Below, one piece after another: positions 11,685-20,488 of a stretch of DNA of 64,000 nucleotides. The translations under genes and the position numbers were made by a program. Positions within the stretch are counted from its first letter, which is position 1; the number at the start of each line of letters is the position of its first letter. This stretch comes from an uncultured delta proteobacterium. GTDB lineage: Bacteria; Desulfobacterota; Binatia; UBA9968. Location of the stretch: the NCBI GenBank assembly GCA_963804165.1, contig CAWDPO010000006.1, positions 224,001 through 288,000 on the forward strand, read 5' to 3'. A model generated the notes under the pieces. It worked only from the letters and a program-made list of their open reading frames with translations, was not told the DNA's origin and did no database searches.

Positions 11685-13136
11685 CTAGCTCTTGCGCTTC
11701 ACGGCAAAGAATACCGCGTTATCGCCCCGCTGCACAAGCAGCAGAATACGATCGCCGCGCCGACCTTGGCGGGTTGCCCGTTCAAAATCTTTGACATTGG
11801 TCACCGGCCGCTGATTGACTTCTCGGATCACGTCCGCCGGCTCGATGCCCACTTGATCCGCGGGACTGCCCGGCAGCACTTCGATCACCAGCACGCCTCG
11901 CGACGAAGTCAGCCCCAAACGGCGCGACGCTTCGGGCGTGATTCTCTGAACCCGCAGTCCCAACTCCGGATCGCGTGCTTCAAGCTGTTGATTTGGATCA
12001 TTTTCTTCGGGCAACTCGCCAATTTTTACCGCCACCGTTTGGTCTTTCTTTTCGCGGATGATTTTCAACGTCACCCGCTGGCCCGGCGGAGTATCGGCAA
12101 TCACGCCGGGAAAGTCGTGGCTCTTCGGCACAGGTTTGCCATTGAACTCTACGATAATATCGCCGGTCTTCACTCCCGCCTCTGCAGCCGGGCTATTTTC
12201 AGCGACTTCCGTCACGACAGCCATTTCGCCCGGACTTCGCGTGAGACCGAGGGATTGCGCGATCGTCGGAGTCACGTCCTGTGCGCGCACCCCGAGCCAG
12301 CCGCGGACGACGCGACCGTTCTTGCGCAACTGTTCAACTACTTTTTTCGCCAGGTCGATGGGAATGGCAAAGCCGATGCCGACATTGCCGCCGGATTGAC
12401 TGAAGATCGCGCTATTGACGCCGACCACTTCGCCGGCGGCATTGATCAATGGTCCACCGCTGTTTCCCGGATTGATCGAAGCGTCGGTCTGAATGAAATT
12501 GTCATAGGGACCCGCGCCGATCACACGCCCCTTGGCGCTGACGATCCCTGCGGTCACCGTATGCTCCAAACCGAAAGGATTACCGATCGCCATGACCCAA
12601 TCGCCGACATCCAGCTGACCCGACGTGCCGAGCTTGGCGAACGGCAAATTGCCGGTTGATTTGCGAATTTTGATCAGCGCCAAGTCGGTGCGGTCGTCTT
12701 TACCGATCAATCGAGCCTCGTGTTCGCTTTGATCGGCCAGTTTAACTTTGATCGTGTCGGCATTACGGACCACGTGGTAGTTGGTTAAGATCTCGCCGTC
12801 CTTGCTGATCAGGATCCCGGAGCCCAGGCTGCGTAGATTGTTTTCCCGCGGGACCGCTTCGCCAAAGAAACGGCTGAAGAAATCCTCGATGGGATCATTA
12901 GAGCCGGACCGCGGCGAGCGTTGTGAGGCGGTTGCGATATTGACCACCACCGGCATGGTTTTCTTTGCGATGACCGCAAATGACGGCGGACGAGAACCGT
13001 CGAGAGCAGCGAGACCTGCCGCACCACCAGGCGAGGACCAGGCACACAGTAGCGCAACCTGCAACACGCCCGTGATCGCCGGTAGCGGCAGGAAAGTGTT
13101 TCGCAAGCTCATGGTCAATGGGTCTCTTTTAGTCAC
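11685..13136 (-). CDS. Do/DegP/DegQ family serine endoprotease with two PDZ domains
   Basis: LGSG, TNYHVV, DLAL, IQTDASINPGNSGGPL catalytic motifs; two PDZ repeats. The start may be the ATG near 13111. Confidence 0.93.
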   Translation of the reverse strand: MTKRDPLTMSLRNTFLPLPAITGVLQVALLCAWSSPGGAAGLAALDGSRPPSFAVIAKKTMPVVVNIATASQRSPRSGSNDPIEDFFSRFFGEAVPRENNLRSLGSGILISKDGEILTNYHVVRNADTIKVKLADQSEHEARLIGKDDRTDLALIKIRKSTGNLPFAKLGTSGQLDVGDWVMAIGNPFGLEHTVTAGIVSAKGRVIGAGPYDNFIQTDASINPGNSGGPLINAAGEVVGVNSAIFSQSGGNVGIGFAIPIDLAKKVVEQLRKNGRVVRGWLGVRAQDVTPTIAQSLGLTRSPGEMAVVTEVAENSPAAEAGVKTGDIIVEFNGKPVPKSHDFPGVIADTPPGQRVTLKIIREKKDQTVAVKIGELPEENDPNQQLEARDPELGLRVQRITPEASRRLGLTSSRGVLVIEVLPGSPADQVGIEPADVIREVNQRPVTNVKDFERATRQGRRGDRILLLVQRGDNAVFFAVKRKS

Positions 13137-13272
13137 CTGGGTAAAGCTCGCCGCAACACTAGCAAATTTTTGTCCCTGATTTAAATCTCACAAATTGGCC
13201 TGGCATTTGCAAATCGACTTCACTGCCGTTATGAAGAAACGACCTTTTTGACGCGAAAGCAATCACGCAATC

Positions 13273-14625
13273 ATGAAGCCCGCCCCGATCGACTACGACA
13301 CTGTCCGGGAGATGCTGCGCACGGCAACGCCGGATCGGATATTGCGATTTATCGGCAAAAGCCATCCCGCCGATATCGCCTTGTTGTTCAAAGGGCTCGA
13401 GCCGGCCGAGGTGCGCCAGCTTTTCGATATCCTGTTCTCGTCGCGCCGTGCCGACAAGACGCTAAAAGAGCTTCCCCCTGAACTTCTGCCCGACATCCTC
13501 GAGTTGATCGATGATGAAAAGGTCGGCCGCTTGATCGTCCGCGCCGATCCTGACGACGCCGTCACTTTCATCGACAGCCTCCCCGAGGAGCGCCGCGAAA
13601 GGGTCTTGGCGTTGTTGGACCCGGAACGCCAGGCTGCCGTGCGTGAGATCATCAACTATCCCGAAGGCACGGTCGGCCGAATCATGACCACTGAATTCAT
13701 GGCGCTCTCTCCCGATACCACCGCCCAGGGCGCCATCGATAAAATCCGTGAACGCGGCGAGCTCGAAGCATTCTTCTACCTCTATGTCGTCGATGAGGCG
13801 GGCAAATTGGTCGGCGTGGTGCCGATCCGCAACCTGGTGATCGCGCCGCCCAACCGCAAGCTCTCCGACATGATGATCGCTGATCCGGTGAAGGCCAATG
13901 TCTTCACGGATCAGGAAGAGGCGGCGCGCTTGGTCTCCCGCTATGAACTACTGGCGCTGCCGATCGTCGACGAGGCGGGCCGCTTGGAAGGCATTATCAC
14001 CGTCGACGACGTCATCGACATCATCAATGAAGAAAGCACCGAGGACATGTACAAAATGGCCGGCTTGGCCGAAGAAGATCGGGTATTCACACCAGTCTCC
14101 CGTTCGGTCAGAATGCGTCTGCCCTGGACGATTTTAAATTTGCTCACCGCCAGCTTGGCGGCATCGGTGGTGGGACTTTTCGAAGGAACGCTGCACGAGA
14201 TTATCGCTCTGGTCACTTTCATGCCGGTCATCGCCGGCGTCGGCGGCAACGGCGCGACTCAAACCGCCACGGTGATCATCCGCGCGATCGCTTTGGGCGA
14301 ATTGGAATTTGCCTCGGCGTGGAAAGCGATCGTCAAACAGGTTTCGGTCAATATTTGTATCGCGCTGGCGGCGGGCGGGATGATTGCCATTGCCGCCATT
14401 CTCTGGAAAGGAAGTCCGTTTCTCGGGCTGGTGCTCGCGGCGGCGATGATCTTCAATCTCGGCTTGATGGCCGGGTTTGCCGGAGCGGTGATTCCCCTGT
14501 TGTTGAAAGCGCTCAAGTTCGACCCCGCCCTGGGCTCCGGCATTATTGTCACCGGACTTACCGATGCCTTCGGATTCCTGTCGTTTCTTGGCCTCGCCAC
14601 GTATTTTCGCCGCTACCTCACTTAA
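13273..14625 (+). CDS. mgtE: Magnesium transporter MgtE
   Basis: MgtE N-domain (HPADIA), CBS pair (YPEGTVGRIMT), RLPW, GGNGATQT, DPALGSG..TGLTD. Confidence 0.95.
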   Translation: MKPAPIDYDTVREMLRTATPDRILRFIGKSHPADIALLFKGLEPAEVRQLFDILFSSRRADKTLKELPPELLPDILELIDDEKVGRLIVRADPDDAVTFIDSLPEERRERVLALLDPERQAAVREIINYPEGTVGRIMTTEFMALSPDTTAQGAIDKIRERGELEAFFYLYVVDEAGKLVGVVPIRNLVIAPPNRKLSDMMIADPVKANVFTDQEEAARLVSRYELLALPIVDEAGRLEGIITVDDVIDIINEESTEDMYKMAGLAEEDRVFTPVSRSVRMRLPWTILNLLTASLAASVVGLFEGTLHEIIALVTFMPVIAGVGGNGATQTATVIIRAIALGELEFASAWKAIVKQVSVNICIALAAGGMIAIAAILWKGSPFLGLVLAAAMIFNLGLMAGFAGAVIPLLLKALKFDPALGSGIIVTGLTDAFGFLSFLGLATYFRRYLT

Positions 14626-15596
14626 CTTGCTCCTTCGGGCATCGCACGGTCCGGCTTGGGACTTTGCTGCAATAGAAACACCAGCCCGCCGATCAAGCTA
14701 TCCAGCACGACGACCAAGAAAAGCAACAATCCAAAGGCGATGCCCTTTTCAGTGCCGATGCCGATCACCGCGAGCAGAAAAATATAGCCGCCCTCGCGCA
14801 GTCCGAGGCCATTCAGGCTAATGGGAATGGCGGAGAATGTTCCGACCAATGGATAAACGATGACGGCAAAAGAGAACGGCACGTTGAGATCGAGCGCTCG
14901 TCCCATCACCACGTGCATCCAGGCTTGCACCAAATGAATCACAACCGAAAGCAGGGTCGCTACCAGCAAAGCGCGCCAGTGGGTTCGATAGCTCCTAAAG
15001 GCCAGGCGCAACTTGACCACGAGCCGACTGCCGTCTAGGGGCAGAAATCGCCGCAGCAAAGGAATGAGTGAGCCCGCAACGAGCAAGCCAAGAGCCAGCG
15101 AGAAAGTCGCCAGGCGGGCCGTGCGCGGGACAGCGTAGTCGGGAAACAGCAGCAGCCCCGCCGCGCCGAGCCAAACAAGCACGACCATGCCAATCGCGCG
15201 ATCCATTAGCACCGACATGGTGGCATGTACCGTCGTTACCGAACTTCCTTTCGTGCGCGGGTCTTCGTCCCGGACAAGATAGTAAACGCGGCTCACATCG
15301 CCACCCACGGTGCCCGGCGCGAAAAGATTAAAAAACATGCCGATCAGGTAATAGCGTAGCATGTCTTTCAACGGCGTCCTGATTCCGAGCGGCCGAGCCA
15401 GAGTCGTCCAGCGCAGCGTGCTGACGACTTGCGTGCCCAGATAGACGAGCAGCGCCAGAGCGATATAGGAAAACTTCGCGGATGCGAAAGTTTGCACAAA
15501 CCTTTCGGGGTGGACACGCGAGATAAAATACGCGAGCAACCCGCCGCTGACGACGACCTTGAGGAGAAGAATGATAACGGGTTTGGCCTTGTTCAT
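14622..15596 (-). CDS. Lysylphosphatidylglycerol synthase TM / flippase-like domain protein
   Basis: RW motif, GMFFNLFAPGTVGGDVSR, PISLNGLGLREG. Confidence 0.85.
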   Translation of the reverse strand: MNKAKPVIILLLKVVVSGGLLAYFISRVHPERFVQTFASAKFSYIALALLVYLGTQVVSTLRWTTLARPLGIRTPLKDMLRYYLIGMFFNLFAPGTVGGDVSRVYYLVRDEDPRTKGSSVTTVHATMSVLMDRAIGMVVLVWLGAAGLLLFPDYAVPRTARLATFSLALGLLVAGSLIPLLRRFLPLDGSRLVVKLRLAFRSYRTHWRALLVATLLSVVIHLVQAWMHVVMGRALDLNVPFSFAVIVYPLVGTFSAIPISLNGLGLREGGYIFLLAVIGIGTEKGIAFGLLLFLVVVLDSLIGGLVFLLQQSPKPDRAMPEGAS

Positions 15597-16255
15597 TCTT
15601 CTAACGGTGGTAGGACCAGCGTCGGGGAACCGTCTTTGTTCAGACCATCGACCAAAACTCTACGTCCAACGACATGCAGACGCCCTTCGGCATACAGCTG
15701 AATGGCGCGTGGATAGATTCTGTGTTCTTGTTCGAGAATCCTGGTTGCCAGCGCTTCCTCGGTATCGTCGGGAAAAACCGGTACGACGGCTTGAATAATG
15801 ATCGGACCCTCGTCGCACTCTTCGTTGACAAAATGCACCGTGCAGCCGGCGAATCGCACGCCATGCTCCAGAGCTTTCTTTTGCACGTGCAGACCGGGGA
15901 AAGCCGGCAACAACGCCGGGTGAATATTCATGATGCGGTTCGAGTAGGCCTTGACGAACACCGGTGAAAGTAAACGCATGAAGCCGGCCAGGATCACGAG
16001 CTCGACGCCGCGCCCGCGCAGTATATCGATGACGGCTTGGTCGTAAACTTCGCGGCTGGCAAACGCTTTGTGATCTAGAACTTCAGTGTGAATGCCGTGA
16101 TTCTGCGCGCGCGCCAAACCATAAGCGTCTGCCTTGTTGCTCAGCACGACCGCGATGTGAGCATCGAGCTTCTTGGCTTCGATGGCGTCGATGATCGCTT
16201 GCAGATTTGTGCCGCTCCCCGAGATCAGCACGCCGATGGGAAGTTGCCTTGCCAT
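15593..16255 (-). CDS. purN: Phosphoribosylglycinamide formyltransferase
   Basis: GVLISGSGTNLQA, LAGFMRLL, NIHPALLPAFPG, GCTVHFV. Confidence 0.97.
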   Translation of the reverse strand: MARQLPIGVLISGSGTNLQAIIDAIEAKKLDAHIAVVLSNKADAYGLARAQNHGIHTEVLDHKAFASREVYDQAVIDILRGRGVELVILAGFMRLLSPVFVKAYSNRIMNIHPALLPAFPGLHVQKKALEHGVRFAGCTVHFVNEECDEGPIIIQAVVPVFPDDTEEALATRILEQEHRIYPRAIQLYAEGRLHVVGRRVLVDGLNKDGSPTLVLPPLEE

Positions 16256-16264
16256 AAGTTTCTC

Positions 16265-17305
16265 TTACGAGCGGATCGTCGCCGCCCTCGTGCCATTGCG
16301 GATCTCGCCGACGATATAGAATTTTTCGCCCATTTCCTTGAGTGTCCGTGCGACCCCATCCACCTGCTTCTTGCCGACCACTAAAATCATGCCCAGACCG
16401 TTATTAAACGTCCTGTCCATCTCGTCCTGCGCGATGGCGCCGGTTTTTTGAATGAGCGTAAAGACCGGCGGCACCGGCCAGCTGCCACGCTCGACAATCG
16501 CCGCTCGTCCCTTCGGCAACACCCGGGGCAGATTTCCGGTAATGCCACCGCCGGTAATATGCGCAGCGCCTTTGATCCGGTATTGCGCGAATAACTTGCG
16601 CGTAATCTTTGCATAGATCCGTGTCGGCTCGAGTAACTCTTCGGCTAACGTACAGCCGAGCTCGGCAACACGCTGGTGAATTCTAAATCGCCCTTTCTCA
16701 AACAGCGCTTTGCGCGCCAGCGAGTAGCCGTTGCTGTGCAGACCGCTGGAAGGAAGACCGATTAAAAAATCGCCCGCCGCGATCGCCTCGGGATCGATGA
16801 TTTTCTTCTTTTCCAAAGCTCCGACGATGAAGCCCGCGAGATCGTATTCGCCATTGGGAAAATCACCCGGATGCTCCGCGGTTTCGCCGCCGATCAACGC
16901 GCAACCCGCTTCGCGGCAACCGGCAGCGACACCCCTCACCACCGCTTCGGCGATTTTGACATCGAGTTTGCCGCAGACGAAATAATCCAAGAAAAAAAGC
17001 GGCGCCGCGCCTTGCGTCAAGATATCGTTCACACCCATGGCGACGAGATCGATGCCGATGGTGTCGTGAACGCCCGTCATTGCAGCAATCTTGAGCTTCG
17101 TGCCGACACCATCGGTGGACGAAACCAAGATGGGATGTCGATAACCCAAGCTCTTCAGATCGAACAAAGCACTGAACCCGCCGACGCCGGCCAAGACACC
17201 CGGCAGTTTGGTCTTCTGGGCAATAGGCCCGATACGACGGACGAGCTCGTCGCCGGCTTCTATGCTTACGCCGGCTTGCGCGTAGGTCAGTCCTCGGGTG
17301 GCCAT
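16265..17305 (-). CDS. purM: Phosphoribosylformylglycinamidine cyclo-ligase
   Basis: TDGVGTKL, GIDLVAM, GGETAEHPG, GLPSSGLHSNGYSL, HITGGG. Confidence 0.97.
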   Translation of the reverse strand: MATRGLTYAQAGVSIEAGDELVRRIGPIAQKTKLPGVLAGVGGFSALFDLKSLGYRHPILVSSTDGVGTKLKIAAMTGVHDTIGIDLVAMGVNDILTQGAAPLFFLDYFVCGKLDVKIAEAVVRGVAAGCREAGCALIGGETAEHPGDFPNGEYDLAGFIVGALEKKKIIDPEAIAAGDFLIGLPSSGLHSNGYSLARKALFEKGRFRIHQRVAELGCTLAEELLEPTRIYAKITRKLFAQYRIKGAAHITGGGITGNLPRVLPKGRAAIVERGSWPVPPVFTLIQKTGAIAQDEMDRTFNNGLGMILVVGKKQVDGVARTLKEMGEKFYIVGEIRNGTRAATIRS

Positions 17306-17379
17306 GGGTGGGTCTTGGAAAAACTTTCGGCAAGCAAATTTCTATTTCAGGCTCATGATAGCGCAGACTTTTAAGAAAT

Positions 17380-18174
17380 TCACATGGTCGAGCCCGCGGT
17401 GACGCCCGATGTGCCGCCAGCCGCAGCGAGCAAGGCGCGAATTTTCAAAGTATATTCACCGAATTTCGGAGTGCTCATGATCTCCATCGTGCGGGGACGC
17501 GGTAAATCGACGGCAATTTTTTCCAGCAACCGCCCCGGCCGTGCCGACATGACAAAAACGATATCCGAAAGAAATACCGCCTCTTGAATGCTGTGGGTAA
17601 CGAACAACACGGTCTTCTTTCGTTCCTCCCAGATACGCAGAAGCTCCATGTCCAGCTCGTCGCGCGTCATCGCGTCGAGCGCGCCGAACGGTTCGTCCAT
17701 TAGCAGAAGCTGTGGATCGGTCACTAAGGCGCGGCACAGCGAGGCCCGCTGTTGCATGCCGCCTGAAAGCTCGTGCGGATACATCTCCTCGAATCCCTCC
17801 AATCCCACTAGGTTGATGAGCGCGCGGGCTTTGTCGACATAGCTTGGCACATCCAATTTAGCGAATTCCACCGGCAAGAGAATATTGCCGAGCACGGTGC
17901 GCCACTTGAGCAGCACGGGCGCTTGAAACACCATGCCGACGTTCTCGAGTGGCCCGGTGACGGATTTGCCGCTTACGGAGATTTTCCCCGATGACGCCGG
18001 CAGCAGCCCGGAAATGATTTTGAGCAGCGTGCTCTTACCGCAGCCGCTTGGGCCGACGATGGAGACAAAGTTGCCGGATTGAATCTCGAACGAAACCCGA
18101 TCCAGCGCTGTAACGATCCTCGCGCCGCCGGTAAAAACTCGGGAGACTTCTTCTACCGTGATCAGCGGCGGCAC
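17380..18174 (-). CDS. NitT/TauT-type ABC transporter ATP-binding protein
   Basis: GPSGCGKST, LSGGMQQR, LLLMDEPFGALD, FVTH. Confidence 0.93.
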   Translation of the reverse strand: MPPLITVEEVSRVFTGGARIVTALDRVSFEIQSGNFVSIVGPSGCGKSTLLKIISGLLPASSGKISVSGKSVTGPLENVGMVFQAPVLLKWRTVLGNILLPVEFAKLDVPSYVDKARALINLVGLEGFEEMYPHELSGGMQQRASLCRALVTDPQLLLMDEPFGALDAMTRDELDMELLRIWEERKKTVLFVTHSIQEAVFLSDIVFVMSARPGRLLEKIAVDLPRPRTMEIMSTPKFGEYTLKIRALLAAAGGTSGVTAGSTM

Positions 18175-18204
18175 TTCGGAACCTGAGCAAACGAATAATA
18201 TTGT

Positions 18205-19233
18205 TTATCGCCTGATAAACTGATTGATGAAGGCTTCTTTCGCCGTCACTTTCCGGCCGATATCGAAAAACTCGTTGACGATTTTTACGGTTTTTTCCGT
18301 GATGTCCGGCTTCATGTAACCTAAACCCGACTGAACAGATTCCGGCGGCAGAAAGACCTCGGTGAGAGCGTTCTTCAATTGCACAGTCGCCAAGTACTGG
18401 TCCAGTTCCGGCTTGTGTTTGAGCAAAATTTTGAGCGCCGCTTCTTGATTATCGCGCGCATAGCGCAACCCTTCCAAAGTCGCCTCGACGTAGGCGCGCA
18501 CGAATTCCGGGCGCTTCTTGACATCATCCTCCTTCACGACAAGGCCGGTACCGTAGATGTCGAGGCCGGTGTCCTTCATGAAAATTCGATTGAGCTTGAC
18601 TCCAACCTTGCTTGCCGCCAATTCCGCGATCTCATCGTTCGAGCCCCGGTACATAACGATAAAGTCCGCCTTCTTCGTTGCCAGCGCCGCGGGCTGAAGC
18701 GGCGCCGCCGTCTCCTGAATGCGAATGGCTTTGTAGTCGACCTTATTGATCCGGCAATACGCCGGCATCAAATACCATTGGGCCTGCCCGGGACTGATCG
18801 CATAGGTTTTGCCTTCCAGGTCCTTTAATTGTTTTATGTTCGTATCTTCGCGCCACATAATGGTCGCGGGAACGTAGCCGAACTGCGCCACCGTCTGAAT
18901 CGGTGTTCCCCGCGAGCGTGCGACGATCGTGGTCGAGATATCGGCAAAACCGAAGTCGGCTCCGCCGGCGCCGATCGTTCGCACCGTGTCCGCGGAGCCC
19001 GTGCTCGATTGGATCGTCACGTTTAAACCGCGCTTGGCATAGAAGCCCTTATCCAACGCCACAAACCAGGGCGCGTGCTTGCCGCCGATGATGAAGTCCA
19101 TGCGCACGTTCGCCGGCGTGAGCTCGGCCGCCTGCGCAGCGACGCCAAAGCCAAGAATGACGAGTGCCAACGCGACTCCGCCAATTCGTGCCATTTGCTT
19201 AATCGGAAACATCATGCAACCTCCGCGAACCAA
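18205..19233 (-). CDS. NMT1/THI5-like ABC substrate-binding protein
   Basis: Signal peptide, HAPWFVALDKGFYAKRGL, DLEGK; lies between permease and ATPase. The start may be 19215. Confidence 0.88.
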   Translation of the reverse strand: MVRGGCMMFPIKQMARIGGVALALVILGFGVAAQAAELTPANVRMDFIIGGKHAPWFVALDKGFYAKRGLNVTIQSSTGSADTVRTIGAGGADFGFADISTTIVARSRGTPIQTVAQFGYVPATIMWREDTNIKQLKDLEGKTYAISPGQAQWYLMPAYCRINKVDYKAIRIQETAAPLQPAALATKKADFIVMYRGSNDEIAELAASKVGVKLNRIFMKDTGLDIYGTGLVVKEDDVKKRPEFVRAYVEATLEGLRYARDNQEAALKILLKHKPELDQYLATVQLKNALTEVFLPPESVQSGLGYMKPDITEKTVKIVNEFFDIGRKVTAKEAFINQFIRR

Positions 19234-19236
19234 GAA

Positions 19237-20013
19237 TCAAAACGAACCTTCGACCTCACGTACCGCAGCGCTCCACGGCGCGAGTTTTCTTTGTAAAAGC
19301 TCCGCAAGCCAAAACAACCCTAAGGACAAGACCGCCAAAATGAGCAAAATCACGAGGGCGAAGGCGGTGTCCAAACTATAATTCGCTTGCAACACCAAAT
19401 AGCCGAGCCCTTCGTTCGCGGCGACGAACTCGGCGACGATGGCGCCGGTCACCGACAGCACGATCGCGACTTTGATACCGGCGAACATATACGGCAGCGA
19501 GTTCGGTAAGCGAATCTTCTTGAAAACGTCGCTCTCCGAGGCGCGGTTTACGCGCGCCAGTTCGAGCAGCTCCGGCTCGACCTCTTTTAAACCGACGACC
19601 GTATTGACCACGATTGGGAAAAATGCGACGAGAAAAGCAATGGCGATCTTCGAGAACAAGCCATAACCAACCCAGATCACCATCAAGGGCGCGAAGGCGC
19701 TCTTGGGCATGGCGTAGAGAATGACGATCAAGGGATAGATCGTATTCTGCAGATGACGCGAGTAAACCACCGCGATCGCAAAGCCAACGCCAAGGACTAA
19801 AGACAAAACGAAACCGCCAAAGGCTTCAATAAAAGTGATCAACGCGTGATTGCCGAGAATCGGCAGCTTCTTGATAAACGCCGTCACAAGATCGCCCGGC
19901 GGCGGCAGGATAAAGGCGGGAACCTTGATCACTTCGACGAGGATCTCCCACAGCACCAAGAGCGCGACGAAAAATAGAATGGGCTCGGCGACGTTCTTCC
20001 AGGAAGATTTCAC
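19237..20013 (-). CDS. NitT/TauT-type ABC permease
   Basis: ILPPP, PKSAFAPL, FFPIVVNT, KIRLPNSLPY, AEFVAANEGLG. Confidence 0.92.
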   Translation of the reverse strand: MKSSWKNVAEPILFFVALLVLWEILVEVIKVPAFILPPPGDLVTAFIKKLPILGNHALITFIEAFGGFVLSLVLGVGFAIAVVYSRHLQNTIYPLIVILYAMPKSAFAPLMVIWVGYGLFSKIAIAFLVAFFPIVVNTVVGLKEVEPELLELARVNRASESDVFKKIRLPNSLPYMFAGIKVAIVLSVTGAIVAEFVAANEGLGYLVLQANYSLDTAFALVILLILAVLSLGLFWLAELLQRKLAPWSAAVREVEGSF

Positions 20014-20030
20014 AATTTCGCTCCGCGCCG

Positions 20031-20059
20031 ACGTTAATGCAAAGACCCTACCCTGTCAA
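20031..20059 (-). promoter_or_regulatory. Putative sigma70 promoter of the ABC operon
   Basis: Minus strand TTGACA (20059-20054), 17 bp, TAACGT (20036-20031), 18 bp before the GTG start. Confidence 0.6.
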
Positions 20060-20307
20060 GAAAGCCAGCGACTCTGTTCCTCAGCATTTCAATTCTTTGA
20101 GCCTCATCAAAAAGGTCCAGATGCGAGGCGCGCGCAGAGTCCGCGAGCGAGGGCGTACTCTTACAGTACGTTTGAGCGAGCGGACCCAGCGCAACGACAG
20201 ACTGTGTGAAAACTCTTTCGGAGCCCTTCGACGGTGCTGCTATGTGGATGTCAAGTCAATAACTCGCAAAGGCTCTTAAATTCTCCTATGACTTTTTCTC
20301 CCTACCC

Positions 20308-20488
20308 ACCCAAGAGAGACTCGCTGCTATACGTGGCACGGCACTGGGCCGTCACACTGACTTGCGATGCGCCCTCTTTGGCACTAAGCCCCGGGATCTC
20401 TGTCTCAAGGGTCGAACCTTCAGGAGTCTTGTTCTCCTGGTACTGGCCGTCGTCGAGTCGTTCCCTGGGGCACAGTCTCCTCTTGGGT
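20308..20488 (-). ncRNA. Candidate bridge/seek RNA of the IS110 element
   Basis: 14-bp closing stem (20308-20321 with 20474-20488) enclosing two stem/internal-loop domains; loop segments CAAGU and AUAGCAGC match the two sides of the element's circle junction. Folded by eye only. Confidence 0.7.
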
